The position numbers and the translations under genes are program-made. 64,000 nt of DNA from Candidatus Omnitrophota bacterium (GTDB taxonomy: Bacteria > Omnitrophota > Gorgyraeia > Gygaellales > Profunditerraquicolaceae): positions 23,282 to 87,281 of the forward strand of contig JAQUOV010000006.1 of NCBI GenBank assembly GCA_028716965.1, in the 5' to 3' direction. This document shows positions 1 to 9,572 of this stretch, in pieces (positions within the stretch are counted from its first letter, which is position 1; each line of letters begins with the position of its first letter). The notes under the pieces are model-generated. The model saw only the letters and a program-made list of their open reading frames with translations. It had not been told where the DNA came from and did no database searches.

Positions 1-757
1 AGCCGTGGATATATGCCGCGTATTTGGCAGCTTTAAAAGCATCTAATCCTTGAGCCAGGAATGCCCCTGTAATTCCGCTAAGCACATCTCCGCTGCCGGC
101 AGTTGCCATCCCGGGGTTCCCTGTCCGGTTTATATAAAAACCTTTTAACCCATCGGTAACAATGCTTTTGTGTCCTTTAAGAATAATTATACTATTATAA
201 TATTTTGCTGACTTTTTAGCAATCAATTTTCTGTTATTCTTTATAATATCCGTGCTTACGCCAAACAGCCTGGACATCTCCTTTTGGTGCGGAGTTAAAA
301 TAAGTTCGCCCTGATGAGCCTTAAGTATCTCCGGGCAATTATTAAGGGCATTAATCGCATCGGCGTCTACGACTTTCGGGCAGGTTGTTTTACGCATAAT
401 CTTCTTCACCAACGCATAAGTTGATTTATTTCTGCCAAGGCCGGGTCCGATTATCAAAACGTCGGTATTTTTAAGCAGGCCGGATATCCTGGCAAAAGCT
501 TTTAAGCTTAACGTGCCTTCGCTGGTTTCCGCTAAAGGAAAGGTTATCAGTTCTTTTGGCTTAGACCTGATTAACGCTAAATTGATACTTTCAGGTATCC
601 CTAACGTCACCACCCCGGCTCCTGAGCGCAGGGCTGCCTCAGCGCAAAGCAAGGCAGCTCCAGAAAACCTGCTTGAGCCGGCTAAAATCAGGATGCGCCC
701 GTAGTCTCCTTTATGAGAATCAGCTTTTCTTCGTAACAACCGCGCTGGCAAGCGCAT
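1..757 (-). CDS. nnrD: ADP-dependent (S)-NAD(P)H-hydrate dehydratase, YjeF C-terminal domain only; 3' end runs off the window
   Basis: Manual reverse-strand translation from ATG at 755-757 gives MRLPARLLRRKADSHKGDYGRILILAGS..GAALLCAEAALRSGAGVVTLGIPES...GNPGMATAGSGDVLSGITGAFLAQG. These are typical YjeF_C/carbohydrate-kinase-like motifs. The frame is open to position 1. It is absent from the ORF track because it is truncated, and it overlaps the acpS 3' end by about 38 nt. Confidence 0.7.
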   Translation of the reverse strand, partial: MRLPARLLRRKADSHKGDYGRILILAGSSRFSGAALLCAEAALRSGAGVVTLGIPESINLALIRSKPKELITFPLAETSEGTLSLKAFARISGLLKNTDVLIIGPGLGRNKSTYALVKKIMRKTTCPKVVDADAINALNNCPEILKAHQGELILTPHQKEMSRLFGVSTDIIKNNRKLIAKKSAKYYNSIIILKGHKSIVTDGLKGFYINRTGNPGMATAGSGDVLSGITGAFLAQGLDAFKAAKYAAYIHG

Positions 758-1079
758 AAGTTTTAACATGTGAGATTGAAATGCAGACGTTGATAAAATC
801 CCCCTTACCATTTAAAAATGAACAGATGGGCTTGCCCGCCCGGTCATTATTTATCTGGATATCCTGCCAGGAAAGCGAACTGTCTCCGGCCGCTTTAAAA
901 ATCGCTTCTTTAGCGGCGAACCTGCCGGCTAAATGCTGATAAAAAGAATTCTTTTTTCTGGCATTTTTGAGTTCAGCATCAGTAAAAATACGCTTCAGGA
1001 AATCATCCCCCCACTTTTCAACTGCAGAGCGGATACGCCGTACTTCGGTTATATCTACCCCTGTTCCGATGAAGGTCAT
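720..1079 (-). CDS. acpS: holo-[acyl-carrier-protein] synthase
   Basis: 119 aa. The N-terminus (GTGVDITEVRRI) and FAAKEAIFKA motif fit the 4'-phosphopantetheinyl transferase AcpS family. The typical pdxJ-acpS arrangement is present. Confidence 0.85.
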   Translation of the reverse strand: MTFIGTGVDITEVRRIRSAVEKWGDDFLKRIFTDAELKNARKKNSFYQHLAGRFAAKEAIFKAAGDSSLSWQDIQINNDRAGKPICSFLNGKGDFINVCISISHVKTYALASAVVTKKS

Positions 1080-1789
1080 TTAATTAACTGGCGCATTTGT
1101 CTTACCGCCTTATATAATCCTACATATAACGCCTTGCAAATAATGGAATAACCGATATTCAGCTCTTCTATTCCTTTAAGTTCGGCAATCTGCCGGACAT
1201 TTGCATAATCCAGGCCGTGCCCGGCGTTAACAATTAATCCCTGTAGACAGGCGTAATCCATAGCCTGCCGTATTTGGTCAAAAAATGTTTCTTTTTGCTT
1301 GATACTCCTGGCATCAGCATAACGGCCGGTATGTATCTCAATGATCCGGGCACCGATTTTACCTGCGGCATCAATTTGTGTTTTATCGGGGTCAATAAAC
1401 AGGCTTGCACGGATACCGCATCTCTGAAGTTTAAGCACAGCAGCAGAGATGCCTCTCAAATTACCCGCTACGTTTAATCCCCCTTCGGTAGTTAACTCTT
1501 TCCTGTGCTCGGGCACCAGCGTAGCCTGATAAGGCCTTATCTTACAGGCGATCTTCACGATCTCCGGCGAAATAGACATCTCCAGATTAAGCCTGGTCTT
1601 GATACTCCGGCGCAGGCGCCTGACATCTTCATCCTGGATATGCCTGCGGTCCTCTCTTAAATGCGCGACTATACTGTCAGCCCCTGCCTCTTCGCATAGA
1701 AATGCCGCATAAACAGGGTCAGGCAGTTTTCCCCTGCGCGCCTGTCGTAATGTAGCCACATGGTCAATGTTTACACCTAATTTAGGCAT
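1076..1789 (-). CDS. pdxJ: pyridoxine 5'-phosphate synthase
   Basis: 237 aa. It starts MPKLGVNIDHVATLRQARR and contains EDRRHI and NAGHGL motifs characteristic of PdxJ. Confidence 0.9.
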   Translation of the reverse strand: MPKLGVNIDHVATLRQARRGKLPDPVYAAFLCEEAGADSIVAHLREDRRHIQDEDVRRLRRSIKTRLNLEMSISPEIVKIACKIRPYQATLVPEHRKELTTEGGLNVAGNLRGISAAVLKLQRCGIRASLFIDPDKTQIDAAGKIGARIIEIHTGRYADARSIKQKETFFDQIRQAMDYACLQGLIVNAGHGLDYANVRQIAELKGIEELNIGYSIICKALYVGLYKAVRQMRQLIK

Positions 1790-1848
1790 CTCTAACTTAA
1801 AACCTTTTATCTCAAGAATCTTTTAACAACCAGTCCATGAATATAAAA

Positions 1849-3066
1849 TCAAGGTTCTGTATGGAAGGGGTCTCTTATAGCGCTGTATATCTTCAAAGCC
1901 TGGCTTACCTCTTTTATGTCGTGTACACGCACTATATTTGCGCCGCGTTCGGCAGCCATCACGCAGGCTGCTACAGTGCCGGCGGTCCTTTGCGTGGGAT
2001 TTGTTTTTAGGACCTTGCCGATAAACGATTTTCGGCCGGGGCCTATAAGTATAGGCTTGCCCAGGATTTTAAAATCCGCCAGCCTGTTTATAATTTCAAG
2101 GTTTTGCCCGGGCATTTTTCCAAATCCGATCCCCGGGTCTATAATTATCTTCTCGGGCATTATGCCGTAAGCTTCAGCGCAGTCAACGGCGTTCTTTAAC
2201 CAAAAGATGATATCTTCAATCAATGATTTATACGCGATCCTCTCCTGCATATCCACCGGTTTACCGAGCATATGCATGATGACCACCGCGGCCTTGCACT
2301 TTGCGGCTGCCTTAATCATGCGTTTATCCCTTAAGCCGGAAATATCGTTAACTATCTGTGCCCCGTTTTCAAGGGCAGCCATGGCTACCTGCGGTTTAGT
2401 AGTATCTATAGAAATAGGAGCGGTTATATTTTTTACCAGTTTCTTCAGGACAGGCAAAACACGCTTCAACTCTTCTTTGACGGTAATACTTCTGGCGCCA
2501 GGCCGGCTGGATTCTCCTCCCAGGTCAATAATATCAGCTCCGTCTGCAAGCATTGTTTCCGCTTTTTCTAAAGCCAGGCCGGGATAATCATGAGAGCTAA
2601 CATTATACAGGCCGTCCCCGCTGAATGAATCCGGTGTTAGATTAATAACACCCATAATGCGAGGCCTGCCTTTAAACCTTAAAGATCCTTTTTTTAATGG
2701 TAATATAAAATTACTTTTGGTATATTTCTTTATGTTTTCATTCAGTTCGCCTGCAAGCCTGCTTAAACCGAATGGCTGAAGTCTTAATTTACGGATAAGT
2801 GATTGGATTTGGCAGGGCTGTCCGATGATAAGGCATGTGGAATTTCTGGTTTTACCGGTAAGAGTGCCGCGGGAGACCGCAACATCACCGCCTAATGAAA
2901 GCATCTCCTGCTTTAATATATTAGCGGCAATGTTAGATACTGCTTCTAAACGGACCAAAAAAGTAACGGTTTTAGGCAGCATGATCTTGATCCCATAGGG
3001 ATCTACGCCGATACCGCGCATGACCCTTTTTACTTCGCCCTCGCCGCTAAAACTAAAGATACGCAT
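1849..3066 (-). CDS. folP: dihydropteroate synthase with a roughly 130-aa N-terminal extension of unknown function
   Basis: The C-terminal 270 aa carry the DHPS pterin-binding signature (MGVINLTPDSFSGDG, DIIDLGGESSRPGA, VNDISG, IIDPGIGFGK). Residues 1-130 have no DHPS similarity that I can recognise. Confidence 0.85.
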   Translation of the reverse strand: MRIFSFSGEGEVKRVMRGIGVDPYGIKIMLPKTVTFLVRLEAVSNIAANILKQEMLSLGGDVAVSRGTLTGKTRNSTCLIIGQPCQIQSLIRKLRLQPFGLSRLAGELNENIKKYTKSNFILPLKKGSLRFKGRPRIMGVINLTPDSFSGDGLYNVSSHDYPGLALEKAETMLADGADIIDLGGESSRPGARSITVKEELKRVLPVLKKLVKNITAPISIDTTKPQVAMAALENGAQIVNDISGLRDKRMIKAAAKCKAAVVIMHMLGKPVDMQERIAYKSLIEDIIFWLKNAVDCAEAYGIMPEKIIIDPGIGFGKMPGQNLEIINRLADFKILGKPILIGPGRKSFIGKVLKTNPTQRTAGTVAACVMAAERGANIVRVHDIKEVSQALKIYSAIRDPFHTEP

Positions 3067-3073
3067 TTATCTT

Positions 3074-4948
3074 TTAAACAATGTCCCCCTTCTGTATTCC
3101 AAGTATTTTTTTAACCTCTTCTCCGCTTAAAACCTCTTTTGTCAAGAGGGTGTCGGAAAGAAGTTTTAGTTTATCCTGGTTACCCCTCAATAGATCCAGT
3201 GCTTTCCCATAGGCGTGATCAATAATCTTTTTTACCTCTTCGTCTATAATCCTGGCGGTCTGTTCACTGTAATTCTTTTCTTCCATAATATCACGGCCCA
3301 GGAATACCAATCCTTCCCGCTTGCCTAAAGTAAGGTTCCCCAGTGTTTCAGACATACCGAATTGGGTAACCATACGTCGGGCCATAACCGTAGCTACCTC
3401 TAAGTCGTTTTGTGCCCCGGTAGTTACTTCACTTAAACTTATTTCTTCCGAGGCCCTTCCCCCGAGTATCATCGTAATTTCCGCCAACAGTTCTTTCTTA
3501 GTCCAATAATGCCTGTCTTCCAGGGGAGGAGTAAAAGTATAGCCGCCGGACAACCCGCGCGGAATAATGGAAACTTTTTTCAAAGGGTTGACTTCGGGTA
3601 ATAGCAGAGAAAGCAGGGCATGTCCTGATTCATGCAAGGCGGTGATCTCTTTTTCTTTCTTGGAGATTATATGGCTTTTCTTTTCTGGTCCCATCAATAC
3701 CCTCTCTACCGATTTGTCAAAATCAATCTCTTCTACCGCTTCTTTGTTATTGCGCGCTGCCATGAGCGCCGCCTCATTGCATAGATTAGCAAGGTCCGCA
3801 CCGGAAAACCCCGGCGTCTGGCTGGCCACTGATTTTAAATCAACGGTCAAAGCAAGCTTGATTTTACGGGTGTGCACTTTAAGTATCTCTTCACGCCCTT
3901 TGATATCCGGAAGGTTGACGATAATAGTACGGTCAAATCTTCCCGGCCTAAGAAGCGCCGGGTCCAAAGTATCCGGCCGGTTGGTAGCTGCGATAAGTAT
4001 CAAACCCTGCTGGGCATCAAAACCATCCATTTCAACCAAAAGCTGATTAAGGGTCTGTTCACGCTCATCGTTTCCTCCACCGATGCCGGAAAAACGCAGG
4101 CGGCCAACAGCATCAATCTCATCAATAAAGATTATTGCCCCCTTACCCTCAATCTTGCCGGCTTTACGCCCCTGTTCAAACAAGTCTCTTACGCGGCTTG
4201 CTCCCACACCCACAAACATCTCCACAAAGTTAGATCCGGAAATGCTGAAAAATGGCACCCCGGCTTCTCCTGCTACCGCACGTGCGATCAGCGTCTTTCC
4301 GCATCCCGGGGAACCGATCAAAAGCACACCTTTGGGAATTTTCCCTCCAAGACGCTGAAACTTTTTAGGGTCTTTAAGGAACTCGATTACCTCTTTTAAC
4401 TCTTCCTTTGCCTCATCCACACCGGCAACGTCGTTAAAGGTAGCTTTTTCGTTATCACTTTGGATTTTAGATTTAACTTTTCCAAAGCTCATAATCCTGC
4501 TTCCCAGCTGTTCACCCCTGGCCGCCATCATCCACCAGAAGAAGATCAGCAGTAGTATGGGGCCCAGGTTAAAAAGCAATGAGATCCAGAATGTACGTGC
4601 CGGTTTTACCTCAAAATTTTTAAGGTTCTGGCGCATAAGCGAAAGCATCTCCGGGTCGTTTTCGGGAAGGTTAACAAAAAATTTTGAATTATCCGAGAAT
4701 TCCCCCTGCAGAATAATCTCCGTTTTAGTAGCCTGTTTTATGCTTTCAGGATTGTCTCTTAATATGCGGAAAAACTGGCTATACGGAATCTCTTTAGGGA
4801 TCCCGGTTATCGGAATGTTGTTAATGGTGTTGACTAGCATGATGAACAAAAAAATTATCAACAGCCAGCCAAGAGGTGAACGTTTGAATAGATTATTTTT
4901 GTTTATTTTAGGCTTATTTTGTATAGGCATTTGATTCTCCCGGTTCAA
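3074..4948 (-). CDS. ftsH: ATP-dependent zinc metalloprotease FtsH
   Basis: 624 aa. An N-terminal TM region is followed by an AAA+ domain with Walker A GPPGCGKT-like (GSPGCGKT) and DEIDA motifs, then an HESGH zinc protease motif. It sits in the conserved tilS-ftsH-folP neighbourhood. Confidence 0.95.
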   Translation of the reverse strand: MNRENQMPIQNKPKINKNNLFKRSPLGWLLIIFLFIMLVNTINNIPITGIPKEIPYSQFFRILRDNPESIKQATKTEIILQGEFSDNSKFFVNLPENDPEMLSLMRQNLKNFEVKPARTFWISLLFNLGPILLLIFFWWMMAARGEQLGSRIMSFGKVKSKIQSDNEKATFNDVAGVDEAKEELKEVIEFLKDPKKFQRLGGKIPKGVLLIGSPGCGKTLIARAVAGEAGVPFFSISGSNFVEMFVGVGASRVRDLFEQGRKAGKIEGKGAIIFIDEIDAVGRLRFSGIGGGNDEREQTLNQLLVEMDGFDAQQGLILIAATNRPDTLDPALLRPGRFDRTIIVNLPDIKGREEILKVHTRKIKLALTVDLKSVASQTPGFSGADLANLCNEAALMAARNNKEAVEEIDFDKSVERVLMGPEKKSHIISKKEKEITALHESGHALLSLLLPEVNPLKKVSIIPRGLSGGYTFTPPLEDRHYWTKKELLAEITMILGGRASEEISLSEVTTGAQNDLEVATVMARRMVTQFGMSETLGNLTLGKREGLVFLGRDIMEEKNYSEQTARIIDEEVKKIIDHAYGKALDLLRGNQDKLKLLSDTLLTKEVLSGEEVKKILGIQKGDIV

Positions 4949-5043
4949 AGAAACCGCTTTTGACGGTAACTAAAAAACTTTTAAAAATAAATCAGATAAA
5001 TATTATATACTTAAAAAGATGTAAAATCAAGTATTTTACGGAT

Positions 5044-6006
5044 TTAACGCCTGTAAAATCGCATGGTTTTACGGGTTTTTTCAACCGAAATCCCTTTAGG
5101 CAGGTCAACAATAGAGCCGGTTGGCCGGTTATGTAATAAGTCTTCCAGTTCTTTAATATGCTGAAAACCTATCCTGCGGGTATCTCCCTGGATACAGGCA
5201 ATGCTTTGTCTGATCGCCAGCCTTGATATTGCGGGATGCAGCCTTTTGATTGCGCCTATTTTAAGCCGCAGTCTGTTTCCTTTCAACCAGTTCTTTGCAA
5301 CCTGGTCCAGGTACTCATAATCATAAGATACACTTTCGGCCAGGTTAGCTAAAAGCTCAACGATATTATAGTTATACCTCTTTTTAAGCAAAGGCATGAG
5401 ATTATGCCGTATCTTATTACGGAAAAATACCTCTTCCTTGTTAGTAGGGTCAATGCGCGGCCGGATCTTTCTACGCTTCAAGAAATCTTCAATTCTCCTA
5501 CGGCTTGTTTCTAAAAGCGGCCGGATAAAGATAACGCCATCAATTTTGCGTTTCACGGATATTCCGGATAGCCCTGATAATCCGGTCCCTCTCAAAATGC
5601 GCATGAGTATAGTTTCTGCCTGGTCATCAAGGTTATGCCCCAAAGCGACTTTATCCGCTTTAATTCTCTTGGCAGTACGAACGAAGAAATCTAACCTTGC
5701 CTGCCTGCATAGTTCTTCAAGAGAACCTTTTTTCTCCTTCCTTATGGAATCCAGTCTTATAGTAGTTATGGGTACCCCAAGCCTTTTGGCCCAGCTTCCC
5801 ACAAAAAGCGCATCGCGCTGAGAACCTTCGCGTAAACCATGGTCTACATGCGCAATATGTAAACTTAACCCCAGTTTAGATTTGAGATTAAATAGCTGCA
5901 ATAACAGAGACAGGGAATCCGGCCCGCCTGAAACAGCTACCAGGATTTTATCCTGTTTTTGAATTAACGCGTATTTCTTGATCGTATCCAGAAAATTGTT
6001 CGGCAT
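5044..6006 (-). CDS. tilS: tRNA(Ile)-lysidine synthetase
   Basis: 320 aa. PP-loop SGGPDS motif near the N-terminus (VAVSGGPDSLSLL). It lies upstream of ftsH as in many bacteria. Confidence 0.85.
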   Translation of the reverse strand: MPNNFLDTIKKYALIQKQDKILVAVSGGPDSLSLLLQLFNLKSKLGLSLHIAHVDHGLREGSQRDALFVGSWAKRLGVPITTIRLDSIRKEKKGSLEELCRQARLDFFVRTAKRIKADKVALGHNLDDQAETILMRILRGTGLSGLSGISVKRKIDGVIFIRPLLETSRRRIEDFLKRRKIRPRIDPTNKEEVFFRNKIRHNLMPLLKKRYNYNIVELLANLAESVSYDYEYLDQVAKNWLKGNRLRLKIGAIKRLHPAISRLAIRQSIACIQGDTRRIGFQHIKELEDLLHNRPTGSIVDLPKGISVEKTRKTMRFYRR

Positions 6007-6095
6007 GTAGTTATTCTAACATAAAGATTATAAAACTTATATACAGATTTTATCAGCTCCCCGTAAACTCAAAAACATCCTCATTGCATAAAATA

Positions 6096-6124
6096 TTGAC
6101 TTTTTTGGCAATAAATAGTAAATT
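6096..6124 (+). promoter_or_regulatory. candidate sigma70-type promoter (TTGACT-17 nt-TAAATT) driving the flippase gene, possibly giving a leaderless or very short-leader mRNA
   Basis: TTGACT at 6096-6101, a 17-nt spacer, TAAATT at 6119-6124, and ATG at 6131. It lies in the divergent tilS/flippase intergenic region. Confidence 0.3.
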
Positions 6125-6130
6125 AATGCC

Positions 6131-7405
6131 ATGTCCGCACGGATAGTTACACACAAAGAAAGAAAAATCGTCTTTAAGAATTTCCTTTCCCTTACCACCC
6201 TTCAGACCGTTAACTATCTTTTGCCCCTGGTTGTCCTGCCGTATCTTGTAAGGGTGATCGGGATTGAAAAGTTCGGCTTAATTGCCTTTGCGCAAAGTTT
6301 GGTTCAATATTTCATGATCCTTACGGATTACGGGTTTAGCCTGTCGGCAACCAGGAAGATATCACTATGCAAAGATTACCAAAACCAGACAAGCGCCATA
6401 TTTTCATCCGTAATGACGGTAAAACTGCTGCTTGCGGCCTTGAGCTTCCTGATTTTATGCATTCTTATATATTTTGTCCCGAGGTTCAGGAACGACTGGC
6501 TGGTTTATATCTTAAGCTTCGGAGCGGTAGTCGGCAATACCCTCTTCCCGGTGTGGTTTTTCCAGGGTAAAGAAAAAATGAGCTATATAACGCTGATCAA
6601 TGTAATCGGCGGCCTGGCTTACGCGGTATGCATTTTTATTTTTATAAAAGGCCCTAAAGATTACCTCTTGCTTCCGATATTAAGCTCTTTATTATTTTTG
6701 ATCAGCGGTTTATTGGGCCTTTATATTGCTTTCAGCAAATTCAAGTTGGAATTTATCCTTCAGAAATATATCGATATAAAAACCGAGTTGAAAACCGGTT
6801 GGGATATCTTTATCTCTACCGTTTCCATAAATGCCTATACCACTACGCGTATCTTCGCCGTAGGCCTGCTTACCAACAACGCCATTACCGGGTATTTCTC
6901 CCTTGCCGATAGAATCGCTAATTTTATCCAGACCTTCCCCATGGATTCTTTTTCCCGCGCCGTATTCCCCAGGATAAGCAAGGTTTTCGCAAGGAATAAG
7001 AAGAGGGCGCTGGCAATAATGCGCAGGATCCAGTTCGGCATTACCTCAGGTTTTGTAATAAGCCTGCCCATTGCTTATTTTATTGCCCCCTGGATTATCA
7101 GTTTTGCCTGCGGAAGCGTGAACGAAGAGGCAGTACTTATATTAAGGCTGCTGCTTATAGCTGTGTTTTTCGTAGGAGCTAATGCCTTCAGGGTCCAATT
7201 CCTGCTTGTCGCCGGTAAACCTGATTTCTACGCAAAGATCCACGTGACTGCGGCAATTATCGGTTCCCCCCTTATATTCCTGATGATAAAGAGGTTTTCT
7301 TATCCTGGGGCGGCGTTGGCTACGGTAATGATTGAAGCAGGGGTATTTACTATTACCTGGATCACTATTAACAGGCTGGCGCGGGAAATTCTAAAGAATA
7401 AATAA
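6131..7405 (+). CDS. oligosaccharide/polysaccharide flippase family protein (MOP superfamily, Wzx-like)
   Basis: 424 aa with 12 or more predicted hydrophobic helices. The N-terminal NFLSLTTLQTVNYLLPLVVLPYLVRVIG is typical of polysaccharide biosynthesis/Wzx-type transporters. Confidence 0.7.
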   Translation: MSARIVTHKERKIVFKNFLSLTTLQTVNYLLPLVVLPYLVRVIGIEKFGLIAFAQSLVQYFMILTDYGFSLSATRKISLCKDYQNQTSAIFSSVMTVKLLLAALSFLILCILIYFVPRFRNDWLVYILSFGAVVGNTLFPVWFFQGKEKMSYITLINVIGGLAYAVCIFIFIKGPKDYLLLPILSSLLFLISGLLGLYIAFSKFKLEFILQKYIDIKTELKTGWDIFISTVSINAYTTTRIFAVGLLTNNAITGYFSLADRIANFIQTFPMDSFSRAVFPRISKVFARNKKRALAIMRRIQFGITSGFVISLPIAYFIAPWIISFACGSVNEEAVLILRLLLIAVFFVGANAFRVQFLLVAGKPDFYAKIHVTAAIIGSPLIFLMIKRFSYPGAALATVMIEAGVFTITWITINRLAREILKNK

Positions 7406-7444
7406 GCTCATAAAACCAATGAGCAATTAAAGACAGCCCTGAAA

Positions 7445-7601
7445 TTCGCAGGACTGCCTCTCTTGTCTTTGGTGGCGGAGAGTGGCCCTGCTCAGCTATC
7501 GCTTCGCAGGACTGCCTCTCTTGTCTTTGGTGGCGGAGAGTGGCCCTGCTCAGCTATCGCTTCGCAGGACTGCCTCTCTTGTCTTTGGTGGCGGAGAGTG
7601 G
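7445..7601. repeat. tandem array (about 2.7 copies) of a 58-bp repeat; each unit ends with the 16 nt 3'-terminal segment (T-stem 3' strand, acceptor 3' strand, CCA) of the adjacent tRNA
   Basis: The unit ttcgcaggactgcctctcttgtctttggtggcggagagtggccctgctcagctatcgc occurs at 7445-7502 and 7503-7560 and partially at 7561-7601, where it merges into the tRNA. The copies are directly abutting with no spacers. Confidence 0.9.
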
Positions 7602-7662
7602 ATTTAAACCACCGACCAAGCGGGTATGAGCCGCGTGCTCTATCAGGCTGAGCTACTCCGCC
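7586..7662 (-). tRNA. tRNA with CAT anticodon (Met elongator or Ile2/lysidine type), CCA encoded, with an atypical D-loop and T-loop
   Basis: The reverse complement folds as a cloverleaf: GGCGGAG TA GCTC AGCCTGATA GAGC A CGCGG CTCATAC CCGCT TGGTC GGTGG TTTAAAT CCACT CTCCGCC A CCA. It has a G1:C72 pair, so it is not initiator-like. The D-loop lacks the conserved GG and the T-loop has T instead of C56. Confidence 0.6.
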
Positions 7663-7769
7663 AAAATCAATTTAAATTATCAAGTGTTATTACGCGGCTT
7701 GTTTTAAGTATCAAGCCGCCTTATCTATCCTATCGGTGTAGTCCTCCCGAAACTGCAAGCTTGCGAGGA

Positions 7770-7804
7770 GAGCCGCGTGCTCTATCAGGCTGAGCTACTC
7801 CGCC
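7770..7804 (-). pseudogene. isolated copy of the 5' half (positions 1-34, up to the anticodon first base) of the tRNA at 7586-7662
   Basis: 35 nt at 7770-7804 are identical to 7628-7662, and the upstream A-run is also copied. The sequence diverges exactly inside the anticodon loop. Hairpins (gcggcttg..caagccgc; gcaagcttgc palindrome) lie between the two copies. Confidence 0.8.
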
Positions 7805-7823
7805 AAAAACAACTTTTCAAATA

Positions 7824-8612
7824 TTATTTCTTCCTGTATGCCTCTAAATATGAATCACAATAAATATTCTTGTCCAAGATAAGCTCTGCCGTAATCAATG
7901 TATCAATAAGCTCTCTATCCTTGGGGTCAAGTATAGCAGAATCCAGGCCATATGCAACTGCCATTGTCAAAAAAGTGCGGTTAATCAGGCTGCGCAGATG
8001 AGTGCCCTGGGAAACATTACTCAATCCTAAAGTAGTCTTGGGACCGGGTTCGGAAATAATCTTAAATTCGGCGATAGACTCCAGGATATCCCTCATTTGC
8101 GCCTGGGCTACATTAACCGGTAAAACTATGGGATCCAGATACAGGTCTTCGACGGGAAAACATGCTTTTAGGCAATTGTCCACGATAGCTGCCGCCAGTT
8201 CAAGGCGCTGGTCCTTGTTTTGCGGGATGCCCTTTGAACTAATAGTAATACCGATCAGCTTAGATTCGTATTTTTTTGCCAAAGGGATGAGCGCTTCAAG
8301 CTTTTCCGCATCGGCTGTTGTAGAATTTATAATTGTTTTATTCCTGGAAGCCTTCAAGCCCTCTTCAATAACGGCAGGCTTGCTTGAATCCAAACAGAGC
8401 GGCTTATCGGTTACCTCCTGGATTGCCTCAACTAACCAAGGCATATCAACTTGCGGCTGCCCGGAAGCCGGTCCGCAGTTGATATCTAAAGCGTCTGCCC
8501 CGCAGGCAATTTGAGTTAAAGCGCAATTTTGTATTTCTTTTTTATTGCGCTCTTTGATTGCCGAGCCTATGTTAGCGTACATACCGTTAATCAACTCACC
8601 GATAATGAACAT
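7824..8612 (-). CDS. acsE: methyltetrahydrofolate:corrinoid/iron-sulfur protein Co-methyltransferase (pterin-binding, DHPS-like fold)
   Basis: 262 aa. The N-terminal MFIIGELINGM resembles the AcsE/MeTr family start, and the size matches. It is adjacent to the CFeSP subunits. Confidence 0.8.
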   Translation of the reverse strand: MFIIGELINGMYANIGSAIKERNKKEIQNCALTQIACGADALDINCGPASGQPQVDMPWLVEAIQEVTDKPLCLDSSKPAVIEEGLKASRNKTIINSTTADAEKLEALIPLAKKYESKLIGITISSKGIPQNKDQRLELAAAIVDNCLKACFPVEDLYLDPIVLPVNVAQAQMRDILESIAEFKIISEPGPKTTLGLSNVSQGTHLRSLINRTFLTMAVAYGLDSAILDPKDRELIDTLITAELILDKNIYCDSYLEAYRKK

Positions 8613-8636
8613 AAGGTATTCCTTTTAAAAAGTACG

Positions 8637-9572
8637 TTATTTCTTAAAAAGCGTATTGATATAAGCAAGCACCTTCTCAGCTGCTTTCGGATGCCGCATA
8701 ACCAAAAGGTCGGCGCCGGACTGTATCAGGCTGGTGGCGGTAATTACTTCCCAGATAACCCCGTGATCAGGACCGGATTTGGCTTCTTTTGTCCTCCATG
8801 CCTCCTGCCCCGTGAAACAAATAAACGGAGAAGCCAGTGTCTTATCGCCTGATAAAGCGGCAAGCCTGGCCCTCTCCATAATGGAATAGGCATATTCAAG
8901 CCCGTAACCCAATGCCCCGATGGTGGGGTTAATTACGATCCGCTCAAGGCTTAAGCCCATATCCGAAATCAATATATTTAATTGCTTGGCGATATTGATG
9001 TCTATCGGGCTTTCGGCGATAATATTGTGGCCGTCAGCTAATACACTGGCAACCAGGGTCTTATAATTATCCTGGATTGCGCAGCCGATCAAACAGCGTT
9101 CTGCTTTAGCCGCTTCAGAACAGGCAGGTAAAATCAGGTTATCTTTGGCATCATCGCCGCAGCCTATGATTATTAACGGTACATTTACTTTACTTAAAAG
9201 GGTAGAAATAAATTTTGCCGCTTCCTGGGGGCCTTTATTTCCGTAATCAGGGTGGCTGCCCTGCATTCTTACACAAAGTAGTTTTGCTTTAAATTCCCTT
9301 ACGCATTTATCAGCCCAGGCAAAGGGATCATGCAAAACATCTCCGTATGCGCAGACAAGCCCTTCATCCCAATCCTGCGGAGGAGTATCCCAAACTTCAA
9401 AAGCAACCGCGGGCAAATTAGGTATATTGCCCTCCTTGAATAACAAGGGCAGGCTGCTTTCTCCGCCTATCTTTACCGTATTGCCGCGGGAACCCCCCTC
9501 TTCTTTATTTGCTCCGATACTCAGGGTGTAAATTGCACCCGCCCATTTTTCAAGCACTAATTGTGTTTCCAT
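8637..9572 (-). CDS. acsD: corrinoid iron-sulfur protein small subunit (acetyl-CoA decarbonylase/synthase delta subunit)
   Basis: 311 aa, the size expected for the TIM-barrel CFeSP small subunit. It lies between acsE and cooC, as in acs operons. The call rests mainly on context and size. Confidence 0.65.
   Translation of the reverse strand: METQLVLEKWAGAIYTLSIGANKEEGGSRGNTVKIGGESSLPLLFKEGNIPNLPAVAFEVWDTPPQDWDEGLVCAYGDVLHDPFAWADKCVREFKAKLLCVRMQGSHPDYGNKGPQEAAKFISTLLSKVNVPLIIIGCGDDAKDNLILPACSEAAKAERCLIGCAIQDNYKTLVASVLADGHNIIAESPIDINIAKQLNILISDMGLSLERIVINPTIGALGYGLEYAYSIMERARLAALSGDKTLASPFICFTGQEAWRTKEAKSGPDHGVIWEVITATSLIQSGADLLVMRHPKAAEKVLAYINTLFKK

Noticed and set aside
513-704. 63-aa plus-strand ORF
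   Set aside because: It is antisense to the nnrD coding frame, which is open and has conserved YjeF_C motifs.
3872-4399. 175-aa plus-strand ORF inside ftsH
   Set aside because: It is antisense to ftsH and is spurious.
7445-7601. 58-bp direct repeats considered as a CRISPR array
   Set aside because: The repeat units abut each other with no unique spacers, and each unit contains a tRNA 3'-end segment. No cas genes are present. This is a tandem repeat, not CRISPR.
7463-7651. 62-aa plus-strand ORF
   Set aside because: It is composed of the tandem repeat units and the tRNA antisense, not a gene.
7586-7810. Intron-containing tRNA (5' half upstream, 3' half downstream)
   Set aside because: The downstream element is a complete tRNA with its own 5' half. 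The upstream 35-nt piece is an extra copy, not an exon.
8002-8514. 170-aa plus-strand ORF inside acsE
   Set aside because: It is antisense to a well-supported CDS and has no recognisable motifs.
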